Made by a program: the position numbers and the translations under genes | In this document: positions 34,501 to 46,877 of the stretch, piece after piece | How positions within the stretch are numbered: the stretch's first letter is position 1 | Layout of the letters: every line of letters begins with the position of its first letter | Assembly (NCBI GenBank): GCA_965112735.1 | Contig: OZ218962.1 | Coordinates: 1,426,001 to 1,490,000, forward strand | DNA length: 64,000 nucleotides | Direction: 5' to 3' | Origin: Phaeosaccion multiseriatum | Taxonomy: Eukaryota; Protista; Ochrophyta, other classes | Notes under the pieces: model-generated | The model's database searches: none | Told to the model about the DNA's origin: nothing | What the model saw: only the letters and a program-made list of their open reading frames with translations

Positions 34501-37357
34501 AGTTGCCTCGGACGTGAGGCGCCGCGTCGAGGACGTAGGCATGAGGCAGGGGCGGGCAGTGGCGCAGACGGAGGAGCCACAGGAGCCGCAGCACATTCTC
34601 AGACGCCTCTGCGAGGCTTTGCGGTCTCCAGTGGAGAACCTCTGCCAGGCTCGCTGCCTCGTAAGTGCTCCTGTACCAAAAGGAAACAGAGGAGCATCAT
34701 TGTGGGGGGTGAGAGGCAGGGAGACGGTGGGTGGACTGGGGTGAGAAGGTGTGCTGAGCTGTGCTGAGCCCGAGCCCTCCATGGGATGGAGGCATACGGT
34801 GTGCACGTACCTGTCCACAGCAGCCAAAACACAGCCCAGGAGTACTCCGTTTCGAAGCGGGTCGTCGACCACATTCTTCCGCCCCAGCTCCAGCAGCCCT
34901 CCTTCCATGCTGATGCCGACGCCCAGCAGCCACTGCCGAACTGCCTTTTCCTGCTCCGGTGACACGGGAGAGAGCTGTTGCTGCACTTCACTCTTACTGT
35001 GCCCCCCCGCAACCCTGTTCTTCGGCTTCAAAACGCTCTGCCGTTGCCGCTTCACTCCGCCTTCGTGCCCCCGTCTTTCTGTTGCGTCGCCGTGGTGCTT
35101 CTTGCCCTTTTTCACGGACTCCCCCCCTTGCCCTCCTACCTTCTCTGCTTTCCTCTGCCACGCCTCCCTATCGGCCCATTGGGGGGTCGTTCCCTGCGCC
35201 TTGTGTCCAACAGGGGCGCCGCTCTCTCTAGGAGAGTCTTGCTGCTTTCCCCGGGGCAACTGCTGCTCCTTCCCCTGACCCCGAGACAAAGGATTCACCC
35301 CCCCCCGGTCCATTACCGTCGCAGGCTCTTTAGTCCCGTGGGACGGTCCGCCGTTACCACTCTTCTGCGCAGGATCCCTCGGTCCTCTCTTGCCCTGCAT
35401 CCCCCCTCCTCCGTTCGCTGGCCGTCGCTGCGTCCTCATGGCAGCAGGGGGGGGACTGGTGGTCCTGGGGAGATTTCTCAGCAGGTCTCTCCTCGCCCCT
35501 GCTCGAACCCTCGAGCGCGACGCCAAAGCCCCCCTCCTCCTGCTCTTCTCGACAGACACTTGCGGCGGCGGTGGCGGAGACTGGAAGGGCCCAGAAAAGA
35601 GGGGCGAGAAGACAAAGGAAGGGAGTGACGAAAAGGGCACGGGGGGGGGGCTGCGAAGAGGACTCACGGGGTACCTACCTCGCGAGTCTGGCCTCTAGCC
35701 GGAGTGGGCACTGGGCGAGGACCGCTGGCCTGCGGCGCCTGCTTGTCTGCAGGGGCCCTATTGGGGTGTGCTTGGCGCACGTCTTCCAATAGCCCCCACA
35801 CGACACGTGCCTCCCCAGCCACGATCTCGTTCTCGTGCTTAAGGAAGCGCCCGCGAATGCCCCCTGGAGCCGTGAGAGGGGAGGGGCGGGAGTAGGGAGT
35901 AGGGAGGGTAGGGGGTCAGATCTAAGGAGAGATAAGAATGATGATGTTTAGACGAACAGAGCTGAGCCTTACCCCTTACCTGTCCTCCGCAGCGCAGCCA
36001 ACGCTACGCTGACATTCTGCCTTGCCTGGGCCCTCCGCTTGGGACTCGAAGTGGTGCCCTTGAGCATGAAGCGGGCGGGGCTACTGTTGGCCACGGCCAC
36101 TCTCTCCAAGCCCCTCCCTCCAGTCGTCGTGTACAGCAGCGCCGCGGCAAGCTCGCTCAGCACCTGATAGAGGGGAGGGGAGGGGGTGGGCGAACTTAGC
36201 TTTGGAAAGGGTGACGACAATTTCATACCCCCAAACAATGCACTATAGACATATGTACCGAGCCATTCGTGAGCCTCTCGTCGATGGCCTTGTTTGGGGC
36301 AGCCGTCGGCTTGGGTAGCATGGCCGCATCCACGCCCACCCCCAAGCCCCGCATCCACAGCAGCAAGTCTCTCTGGCGGGTGTACACGTCTGAAACGGGC
36401 TTTGGGGAGCGTGGGCGAGAGAGTCGGAAACGGAGTGGACCACTTTTGCTCTTCTGCTGCCTACTGGATGCTGCTGCTGATGGTGCTGCTGCTGATGGTG
36501 CTGGTGCTGATGGTGTTCGTGGTGGCGGTGGTGGTGGTAGATTTCTCCTCTGGTGTGGTGGCACTGTCCCTCTTCGTCCTCGTATCTTCGCGGGGGGTTT
36601 TACAACCGACACGCCACCGTCGACTCGTCGAATATGCGTAGCTGCTGCTCGGGTGGTGACGCCTCCTTTCGGGGTCTTTCGGGAGGATAATGCTCCCGTC
36701 GTCCCTTGCTCTCCTCTCTCCCTCTGTTGCGACTGTATCCTTGCCCTTGGCCTTGAAGCCGGCGCCATTGTCCCACTGTGTTCCCTCGAGGGCCGCCTTG
36801 CCCCTTCTTCTGGTGAATGAGTCGCCCCGCTGAACTCCACCCCTCTCGGCCGCGGGTATGGGACAGGCAAGTCGCCTAAGCTCCTCCCCACATCCTGATC
36901 CGAATCACCTTCTTCATCAGCTGACCGAATGCTATGCAGCCTCCTCAAGGTACAGAGCAGCGCCGAGAGACTGACCGGGTCCCCACCGGCCAGTGAACTC
37001 GGGCACGAAAGGCTCGACAGCTCTTCGGGTAGGGCTTCCCACCCATGGCGTTCGGCAAGGAAGAGCAAGAGGAGGCGATGGACCTCCTCTCCAGTGTGAG
37101 CACTCGACAACTTAGGAACAGGTGCCCCCTTGCGTGTGGGCGACGTTGCAAGACAAACACACAGACTTGTTCAGTTTCTTGTGATAAGAAGAGCTTCCCT
37201 CGGCACTCACCTCGATAACCTGCACAGCCTCTGCACATGCCACCCCGTCTCGGAGATCCTCTGCGCCGTCCACGAGCACACAACTGGGAACGCCTAGGGA
37301 ATTCAACCAGTGGAGGCTCCCTCTGTCCAGGGCAGGAGGGGAAGGATTTCTCGTCAT
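31580..37357 (-). CDS. Large multi-calponin-homology-like domain protein (about 5 CH-like units), multi-exon
   Basis: Recurring W-L...L-x-[DN]-G-V-x-L...N-V pattern: HWLNSL..DLRDGV, LWMRGL..RLTNG/VLSEL..QNV, QWLLGV..PLRNGVLL, TWLRSI..FEGSLLC..ANV, DWLLSL..ELSDGVYL..QNV. Confidence 0.7.
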
Positions 37358-37559
37358 TCCGACGCCCTCACTGCGCGGTACTCGTGCTCAGAGCCCCCCC
37401 TTAAGTAATACAGTGCACTGCAGCGCTAATAGGACTGGCTGTAAGCCTGGTGCCCCATGGTTGGGAGTTCGGAGGCGAAGTGTGTGAGGGGGAGGAGAAA
37501 AAACATTATGTCAAGGAACCCTTTTCGACCTGCCATATTTTGTATTTTGGCGGGGATCG

Positions 37560-37640
37560 GTGTCGCCCACATTCTCGATAGGGCCGCGCGATAGCGGACA
37601 GCGCGTCGGCGATAGAGGATAGCAGATTGTGCATCAGGGG
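37560..37640. mobile_element. Truncated CCCCTGA-family element (right end only)
   Basis: tcgcccacattctcgatag identical to the 26885 copy; ends GTGCATCAGGGG. Confidence 0.65.
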
Positions 37641-38095
37641 TTGAGCAGGAGGCCTCTCGGCCCATTGCATATGTCGAGTCTGCAGAGAAAGGGGGTCGGA
37701 GGAGCGGTGGGGGCAACGCTACACTATTCGATCCCGGACTCAGCGGTTAAATCCGACCGCTTGTAAAGGCTATCTACCCTACCCAGTGCTTCGCGTGGGG
37801 GGCTTACAATCTCTCTCAGCCAGTGGGATACTGTACAGCCCGTGCCTCTGGGCCGTGGTCAAGAAAAGATACGAACAGGGTGCAATCCGTTGTCAGAGTC
37901 GCAATAGAAGAAGAGTGAGTCGACTGGTAACAGACCAACTATATATTTATTTGCCTCTACTGCTACCCCGAACGCGGCGCCTGCTGGTGGGCATGCTGGC
38001 GTCCGATGCTGAGAGCACGTAATTCTGAGGCTCTGCCTGAAAAAAACAAAAGAGCCTTCTCTCTCCAAAGGCGCGCCCTAAGCTTCGACCCTGCC

Positions 38096-40660
38096 CTAAA
38101 TCAGATCTGATGATGACGGAGAGGGAAGGAAACGGGCGGAGAGACAAGGCCGGGGAGGGAGGGAAGAGAGGCAAGCGGGAGGGGGGGAGAGGAAAGGAGG
38201 GGAGAGGTTAGCCAGGACATCGGTGTGGATACACTCATTCACACGGCAGCCCTAACGCCAGTAACAAGTAGCACCCACACATGACAGTAGCACTCAAACA
38301 GCGACGGTAGCAATCAAGCGGAGAGCGGCAGCAGCACCCAACCACTCACTTGCGACGTCCATAGGCATCTCCTGGATCTCCGTGTTGTAGAACTCCTCAA
38401 TGTCGCGCAGGTATCGGACGTCGCCGTCTGTGAGGAAGTTGATGGCCACTCCCTTGCGGCCGAATCGTCCCGATCGTCCGATACGATGGATGTAGTTCTC
38501 TCGGTTGGTGGGCAGGTCGTAGTTGATGACAAGTGACACTTGCTGCACGTCGATACCACGAGCCAGCAGGTCGGTCGTGATGAGCACACGGCTGGAGCCG
38601 CTTCGGAACTCGCGCATGATAACGTCACGCTGGTCCTGGTCCATGTCTCCGTGCATGCACGACACTGTAAAGTCCCTACTAATCATCTTCTCCGTGAGCC
38701 AGTCCACTCTTCGCCGAGTGTTGCTGTAGATAATGGCCTGCGTAATGGTTAGCGTCTCGTACAAATCACACAGGGTGTCCAGCTTCCACTCCTCCTTCTC
38801 CACAGCAATGTAGAACTGCTTGATTCCTTCCAGGGTGAGCTCATCACGCTTCACCAGGATGCGCACTGGGTCGGGCATGAAGTGGTTGGTCACCTCGAGC
38901 ACGTCCAGAGGCATGGTAGCCGAGAACAGTGCCACCTGAAGTAGCAACCCAATGAAAAAAGACAAGAGGCGGCACTTAGTTGACTTCGAACCGACGAAAA
39001 GAACACCATCAAATGCACAAGAAGAGAGGAGGGGCTGTATGGGTGAGCAAGTACGTCGGGAGTTGTAACCCACCTGCACTGACTCTGGGAGGAATCGGAA
39101 GACGTCGTAGATCTGGTCCTTGAACCCTCGGCTGAGCATCTCATCGGCCTCATCCAGGACGAAGAGCTGCACCTTGTCGAGCTGGAGTGCGCGTCTGTTA
39201 ATCATATCAAACACACGCCCGGGTGTGCCCACAACCAGGTGCACACCATTTTGCAGGGTGCGGATATCGTCCCGCACGGCTGTTCCTCCCACACACGCGT
39301 GCACGTTGATGTTCATAAAGTCTCCAAGGGCGCGCACAACCTGTGTGAAGCAGGGCACACGGCAGGGCAGCACAGCAGGACACCACACACAGAAGAGAAG
39401 AAAGAGACGTGGTCAGCCCTCTCGTCGCACGAACGGGGCATATCGCCGGCGCTCTCGGGTACTGGCCCGAAATGCCCTCCCCCCCCCTCTCCTTCCTTTA
39501 CCTTCACGATCTGCTGCGCCAGCTCACGCGTAGGCGCGAGGACCAGAGCTTGGCATTGTTGGAGAGAGAGGTCGATTCGTTGGAGAATCGAGACGGCGAA
39601 GGTGGCGGTCTTTCCCGTACCTGCCAAGTGTCGACAAAGAGCGAGAGAAGCGTGAGTGAGTGAATATACGGACTATATATGTCGAGAGAGAGAGACAGCT
39701 TTCCCTACTGAGGTAAGACGCTGCCGGCGGTCAGCCTAAAGATTTGTCCATCACGGTGTTCAGACTCGAAAGATGGTTATGGTTTTGTCCTCATTCCGCA
39801 GCAGCACCAGCGCCTTTTGTCTCAATGACGGGACGGGACCAAAAACTCTCTTTCTCTCTGCACCACTCACCCGACTGAGCCTGAGCAATCACGTCCTTGT
39901 TGAGCATGATAGGCTTGACGGCGCGCTGTAAAAAGGAGAGAGAGAGCTTTCACATGGAGGACAAGAACCAGGTGGTGGCTGCATGCACTACATGACGTGT
40001 CGCGTGTGCAGCCCACTAACCTGTTGAATTGCCGACGGCTTCTCGAAACCATAGGCGTAAATGCCACGAAGCAGCTCCTCACGCAAGCCCATCTCATCGA
40101 AAGTCTCGATGCACTCTGTCCAATTGGTCTCCAGGTCCTTGTTGTTTCCTCCCTCTCCTCCTCCTCCCCCCTCCCCCCCCTCGCCTCCCGCAACTGCTGC
40201 CGGTGGCGCTCCCTCCTCTCTGGAACAAGCGTCGCGTTGGCGAGGGGCCAGGCAGGAGAGCAGCACAGCAGCAGGTATTGTGGAACGTAAGAAGATAAAG
40301 GTGCTTATCACTTCATTTCCAGCCCAAGCCCTCTCTGTGGAGTCTCTTATAAGCGCGACTGGCTTCACCACGCCTCTCCGACCGCCTCTAGAAAGGCCCT
40401 TCCGGCTCCGTCCTAGGATCCTTTCCTCGAGCCCCCCACCGCCAAAACCTTGCCCACCGCCCCACCCTCGAGCATCCTGGAAAACCGTGCCTCCTAGCGG
40501 CCGTGCCACCAAGAACAAGCCCCCACCCCGAGCCCCGCGGGACAGAGACAAGCCCGAGAAGACAGCCCGCCAGGCACGGCCAAATCCGCAGCCTAGCCGC
40601 TTCCGGAGCCCGTCTTTCCCCATTCCTTCCAAGCACTAACCTCTTTTCTACGTCCGCCAT
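38096..40660 (-). CDS. EIF4A: Eukaryotic translation initiation factor 4A (DEAD-box helicase), 7 exons, last exon encoding NLI*
   Basis: [92 protein letters not shown]. Confidence 0.98.
39727..39799 (-). ncRNA. Intronic box C/D snoRNA, SNORD2/snR39B-like
   Basis: Minus strand GCGGA-ATGAGGA(C)...ACCATCTTTCGAGT-CTGA(D')..GTGATGG(C')..CTGA(D)-CCGC, with a terminal stem; the guide is antisense to the conserved LSU rRNA segment CCCGAAAGAUGGU. Confidence 0.8.
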
Positions 40661-41088
40661 GTTTGTCTGGTGTTCTACCTCGTCTTTTAAGCTCCTCCTC
40701 TTACTTATCAGCGAAGATTTTGAATTACCTGTGTGTGGCCTCCAACCATCCCCTGCCGCCGATACCCGGGGGGGCTGGCAAAGACGGCCCCCCTGGAGTT
40801 TTTAGCGAGGTGGGTCTGCTGCAGAGAGAGTCGACGGCAGCAAAGGAAAGAGAGAGCGGAGGGATATTAGAGTGTGTTTTGTCTCTTTCTGTGTGCCTCT
40901 CTCACTCTCTGAATAAGACGCGGGGTGGGTGGGAAGAGAGGGTCTGAGAGGGGGCTTTTAGGCCAACAGAACCTCGGCAGGGGACCCTAGCCTCTCGGGA
41001 ACCTTTCTCGTTCCATGGCGTCTCTCCTTCAGCCCCCTGCCGTGTCCTTTTCGCGCCCCGCAGTTTGTTAGGGAACTTGCAGAGTGGG

Positions 41089-42560
41089 ATGGCGAGGAAT
41101 GAGTCCGTGAGGCACCTGACGGGGCCGCCTCCGACAGGGGGAGTGGAGGACGTGTATGGGCTCAATGACACACCGAGTGAGGGAATTGGTCACTTGAGCG
41201 AGCTGGTGAGCTTGCAGGAACAGCAACACGACAATGACGACTTGTCGGAGGAGTCATTTGGAGAGGCGGGGCCAGCGGCGGCGGCACGGGCCAAGCAAGT
41301 ATTGAGGTACGTGTCGGGGCCCCCTTCCGCTTTCGAGGACTACCCCCAAGGCATACTTTTGCATACCCTGGCGTGCATTTTCTAACCCTCGTATTCCCTG
41401 GCTCCTTCCGGCTCAGTGCGAGTAGTAAAGAAGAGGCGAGCAGCCAGGCGTCTCTTCTTGACGCAGTGAAGCTGGGTAAAGTGCAGACCGTGAAGACGGC
41501 AATGAAAGTAGGAGGTGCAGCTTTGTGGAAGGCGAGCGACACGTATGGCTGCACCTCGCTGCACCTGGCGTGCATACATGGACACTTGGAGCTCCTACAG
41601 TGGATGGTTCGGTTAAAAGGCCTGGATCTGAACGCGAGGAATGACGAGGGGGACACGTGTCTGCACTTGGCGTGCCACAACGCAAACAGTGCAATGGTCC
41701 ACGCTCTGTTGCGAAGGGGGGCCAGGCTTTTCGTGGAGAATAACTCTTACATTGTGGCGGGGGAGGACTTTCGGGAAGATTCGCGACCGGAGGACAGGGC
41801 GGCTTGTCGTCGGCTTCTTCACCAAGGTGAGCGCATGAGGGAGGGACCCTGTGATGCTCCGGCTCTTGTCTCTGGGGGGCGGACGTGAGGACATGAGGAC
41901 GGGGGGGGGGGGTGTACGGGGTCACTGCCCGTACGCCCATAAACATCCTTCGCTCTTGCTCTTGGCTCCGAAGTATGTATGTGTCTGCCTGTCTGTCCTC
42001 TACCCTGCTCCTCTTCTCCGTCGCTCATCCTGTTGTTGTTGTGAACCTCCTTCCAAACCTCTGCAGCCATCAGTGGGTTCCATACTGCGATCGAGAGGGA
42101 GATCAAACGACAAGAGGCGCAAGTCTTACGTCTGGAGAACGAAGTATTAGATAGAGACTTGCAGCTCAAGGACAAGGAGGCAGAATTGGAAATTGTGGCG
42201 AAAGTCCTGTCCGAGAGGCCCTTTCCGGAGTTTAAGCAAGAGTCCGGCGCAGACGCTTTGCACCCAGGCCTGCACAGAATACAGCAGCAGCAACAGCAGC
42301 ACCAGCAACAGCAGCAGCAGCAGCAGCACCAGCAGCAGCAGCAGCAACAGTACCAGCAGCAGGCACAAGCTCCCCCCAAGAATGGTCGCACTGGCACGCA
42401 CGAAGAGTCAATGCAAGTCCCCATGTCAGCAGCAGTAGGAGTGCCGTCTTCTTCAAAGTCCACAGCAGCAACAGCAGCCTACGGAACAGCAGGGACGGGG
42501 AAAACGAAGTCGACGACAAAGAAGAAGAAAAGGGGCTTTTTCTCCAAATTCTTTTCGTAG
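41089..42560 (+). CDS. Ankyrin-repeat + coiled-coil protein with poly-Q and a basic C-terminus (3 exons)
   Basis: YGCTSLHLACIHGHLELL, EGDTCLHLACHN; coiled coil LQLKDKEAELE; KKKKRGFFSKFFS*. Confidence 0.8.
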
Positions 42561-42952
42561 TTTATTCGCATTCGTCATACCTATTACTACGTACTTGTGT
42601 ATTGAGAGAAGGTCATCCCTATTACCACACCCTCCACCCCTCTCTTTCTCCCTTCGGGGCGTCTCAGAGGAGGCGTCGTCTGAGAGTAAGACATTAAAAA
42701 AAAATGTACCACACTTCACCCCTTCCTACCATATCAATCTTCGATCACACTCCTCCTACACGGGGCGCTCGCAAAGGAGGTGATGACGAGAAAAGAAGGA
42801 GGAGAAAAAGAAAGAAAAAAAAAGAAAAAAGAAAAAAGAAAAAAAAAACGAAAAAGAAACGGTGAGCGAGTTGGTTCTCCAGCTCGAATCTCTCTCTCCC
42901 CTTCCTTTCATTTATCCGCTCTCGCTTCCATATGGTGGGGAAGAGGGTGGTT

Positions 42953-44631
42953 ATGTGGCCTTCTCGCCTCTTTTGGGGGCAGCTGGCCTTGTCCCTGCTG
43001 CTCGGACGGGCGTTCATCTTGCCTGGTTCAGTCACACATCCGCGATCGAAGCTGCTGCGGCTCAGGGGCTCTTCAGGCTCTTCGCCACCTGAGGTTGACG
43101 TGGAGCGTGAGATCTCATCAGCGGAGGCTGCGACTAGGGCAGGGCTTGACCCTCGACCAGCAGGCCAAGCGTTTGAGAGGCCAGAAGATATGGGCAAGGC
43201 CATTGCATCGGCGCTCATGAAGAAGTTTGCCTTCGATGATATCGACAGAGTACTTGATTCCTGGAACAACGTGCGGAAGGGGGTGGAGTTCAAAAAAGAT
43301 TGGGGCGAGAAGGGAGTGCAGGACTCATCTTCGTACATTGCGGGACTATCTGCCCTCCCGTGGCACGATAATGAGGCGCACGCCTGGACAGCGGGTACGT
43401 TCGACCTTTCACGGGTGGCAGGAGTAACAGGGGCGCCGTTCTAACCATCACGCTTGGGCTTTGTTGTCGCGCAGGCCTCGAGGAGAACTGGCGCATCATT
43501 GCGGATGAGCTCAAGGAGAACACCGAGAGGGGTGATCTGGGGGAGCGGGGAGTCAATGTGTGGGCCTCTGCAGTGGAAGAGGAAGCTATGGCGTATGGGC
43601 CAAATTGGAGGACTCTTGTGCTCCAGGTGCGGCCTGACCCCCCTATCCTCCTTGACCCTCAAGTATAAGTCCTGGTCTCACTTACTCCGCGTGTTTCCCC
43701 CCTTCCCCTCCCCCGGGCTGCCTTCCCTTGGCCACAAATCTCTGCCCCCCAGGATCGTAAATGGCAAGAAACGAACGTTAAGCTATTCCCAAAAACTACG
43801 CAGCTGCTCAAAGATCTCAAGGTCCCGTCCTGTGAAGCCTTCTTCGCGCGGCAGGTAATGCTGGGGTGGCCCAAAGTGTCTGTGTGTAATTTGCTCAGAC
43901 GAGCTTAGTCTGAGGTCCCTCCCGCCCCTCCTCCCCCTTCTCCCGGCTTAGGCCCCTCGTACTGGCATCAAGGTACATACGGACAATACCAATTTCATAC
44001 TCACGGCACATCTGGGCCTGGACATCCCCGAGGGTGACTGCAGCATGACTGTGGGGAACGAGCGGCGCAAATGGGGAAACGGAAAGGTTTGCATCTTCGA
44101 CACCAGCTTCTTGCACGGAACGGTACGAAGCTTGCTTTCCAGGCGTGAAGGAGGGAAGTGTTCTCTCTAGAATCCTGCTACAGCCTGCCCTCTCCATCAG
44201 CGCTCTGTCTAAGATCCTTTTACCAGTGCGGCTGCTCTTTTTCTCTCTAATACTCTCTCTCTCTCTCGCTCTAGGACAATAATACCGATGAGGAGCGCAC
44301 AGTCCTCCTCCTTCGCTTTTGGCACCCAGACTTGACCAAGGTCGAGCGCGAGGCGCTACAGTTCGCCTTTGACGCTTTGGAAGACCACCATGTCCTGGAC
44401 ATGCCGCAGACCAAGCTGGAAGGCGGCGAGTCGAAGGATGGCGCGCTGCTGGACGACTTCTTGGACAAGATCAACAAGGACTCCAACCTACCCTATTCCA
44501 CCACTGACGAGACTCAGAACATGACCCGGGCTGAGAGAAGAAAGTACAAGAAACTCGCAAAGAAGACCGAGGAAGAGAAGGCCGGGCCGAACCCTGGCTT
44601 TGGGCCGTCGCGGGGTGGATTCGGTAGATAA
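42953..44631 (+). CDS. Aspartyl/asparaginyl beta-hydroxylase-domain 2OG-Fe(II) dioxygenase, probably plastid-targeted
   Basis: YIAGLSALPWHD, FFARQ, IKVHTDNTNFILTAHLGLDIP (HxD), IFDTSFLH, RTVLLLRFWHPDL; signal peptide ending ...GRA-F. Confidence 0.85.
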
Positions 44632-44766
44632 GAAGGGGGGCTTGTTTGTAAGTAAGATGGAGAGGCTGAGTGGGTTTGAGGGCAGACGCCATGAGGCTGG
44701 AGTAGATGAAGTAGATTGAATGCAGTAATGGAAAAAAGAGAAAGGGAAAGAGGGGGAGAGAGGAAA

Positions 44767-44885
44767 TGGCTAGGCCCCCGGCCTAGGCCTATTTTTGGCG
44801 CAGCCCCCCCGGCCTAGGCCTAGGCCTAGAACCGCCGGCCTAGGGAGAAAAATGGCCGGCCTAGAGCATAGGCTTCTCTAGGCCA
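44767..44885. repeat. GGCCTAGG palindromic-unit cluster in an intergenic spacer
   Basis: About 8 copies of (G)GCCTAG(G), including ggcctaggcctaggcctag. Confidence 0.7.
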
Positions 44886-44992
44886 GTTTGGAGCCGAATC
44901 ATGGTAAAGAAAACCATCTGTGAGGCACACAATAATACCAACATGCCCAGCCAGGTCGAAAACCACCCTTCTTCACCTTTCTCCTTTCCCAG

Positions 44993-46864
44993 ATGCTCTA
45001 CTCTCGTGTTGCGCAATGGAGGGTAGCCCAGGCCGCCCTGGCCTCACGGATAGCGATGCTGCTCCTGACGATGGTGGGGAGGAGGATATTTCCCTTGCAC
45101 CAGGCTGACGGGGTACATGTTTGGGCGGCGCTACAACAAGAGGGAGTACTCTCCACGTTCATCAGGTGACTGAACCCGTCCATGAAAGTATTCGCCGCTG
45201 TCCGCAGCCTCTAATGCATGCCTTTTCGTTTGCTGCTGCTTGTGCTCGGATAATTGATGGAAGGTAGTTGGGACGCAGCTTGGTTTCTGGACGTTGCAGA
45301 GCATGGCTACCCTGCTCGTCCTTCGGAAGGTTCCGTGGCTTTCGCTGAGCAGGCGCACGCGTTCTTTCCACTTTTCCCATTCGTTACGCGGTGCCTGAGT
45401 GAGTTTGTGGTGGCTCCTCTCTTTGCTTTGGAGCTGGCGCCCGCACTGATTGTTTCTGCCGTCGTGCTGAACGTGGCCATGTTTGTGGCTGCGGCCGTAG
45501 CGCTGTATCGACTGGGAGTTGACGTCCTCGGTGATGAATTGCAGACCTATCGTGGAGCCCTTTTGTTCTGCGTCAATCCCGCCGGCGTGTTCTTCACTAC
45601 TGCCTACAGCGAGAGCCTGTTTTGTGCATTGACATTTTGGGCCTTCCACTTGTTGGCCTCCACTCATCCTGTGGAACGGAGCTTTCTTCAGAGAATGCGT
45701 GTTATTGCAGCTGTTCTACTTGCAAGCCTGGCCACTGCGAGTCGCTCAAACGGCTTGGTGAATGCTGCAGTCCTGGCAGCCTTTCAGTTGAGGTGGCTGG
45801 TGTTATCACTTGTTGGGTGCGCAAGGGAGAACAGCAGCTCCAGCCGTACACTTAAGCTGCGCTCTATAGCACTTTTTTCGAGAGCGTGTATCGTGGCTAC
45901 TGCTGTTACTGCCGCCTTTTGCGAGGTAGGTGCTTCCGCTGTTCAATTCGGTTTTTCTTGGAGAACAGGTAGAAGCACCCAGCCCCTAACTCCCCACGTG
46001 CCCCACCCCTCTATGAGGCAGATCGCGCTGGTGGTGCTGCCGTTTTTCTGGTTCCAATACTTTTGCGCCGTCAAATTCTGTCTTCCATCGGGTAGTGGTG
46101 TGGATCTGGAGTGGTGCCGAAACTTCGATAACTCCAGCAGCGCGCTACGGGTGCCCAGCCTATACAAGCATGTTCAAAGCGCCTACTGGAATGTAGGGCC
46201 GTTCCGCTACTACCGTCTCAAACAGGTGCGTTCAAGGCTACTACCTGTCTGAAACAGCTCTGCCTATCCCCATGCACTCCGTGTGTTCTGCCACTCAACA
46301 CACCCGACTTCTTAATTGCCCCACAGATCCCAAACTTTGCCCTCGCTAGCCCTATACTTGTGCTGACCGGTGCCGCGCTGTGGAGGTTTTGGTCAGCGTT
46401 CGCTCGGCGATTTGGAGACCTGCTGGTGCAGGAACGAAAGGACAACAGAGGCAAATTGGTCTCTAGCGACCCAGCAGCAACGACAGCTCTTTCTCGAACT
46501 GCCCACTGGCTGGCCGTGGAGTGTGGTGGAGTGCTGCCTTTCGCGGGGCAGGCCGCGGTGCTGTGGCTGTCGTCAGTGATTTGCATCAATATTCAGGTGC
46601 GGTGGGGCACAGGATTTTCTCCTTCGCGGCACACGCGAATGAATGTCCCAAACCTTACCCAACCCATTGTTGCATGCCCAGGTCTCCACACGACTGCTGT
46701 GTGCCAGTTGCCCCTTCGTGTACTGGACTCTTGAGCAACTTCTCTTCCCAAGGTCTCAAGCCCGCACACCAAGCAAGAAGCACCGACGTCTAATTTACGC
46801 GTGGCTTGTCATCTTCAACACCATCGGACCCGTCCTGCACTGCAACTTTTACCCATGGACATAA
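44993..46864 (+). CDS. PIGV: GPI mannosyltransferase 2
   Basis: FISWDAAWFLDVAEHGY, AFFPLFP, NPAGVFFTTAYSESLF, RSNGLV, YKHVQSAYWNVGPFRYYRLKQ/IPNFALASP, QVSTRLL, LHCNFYPWT*. Confidence 0.95.
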
Positions 46865-46877
46865 TATATATATTCGA

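Noticed and set aside
37700-37860. Several hairpins resembling an SRP Alu domain
   Set aside because: No helix-8 SRP motif; lies in the probable eIF4A 3' UTR
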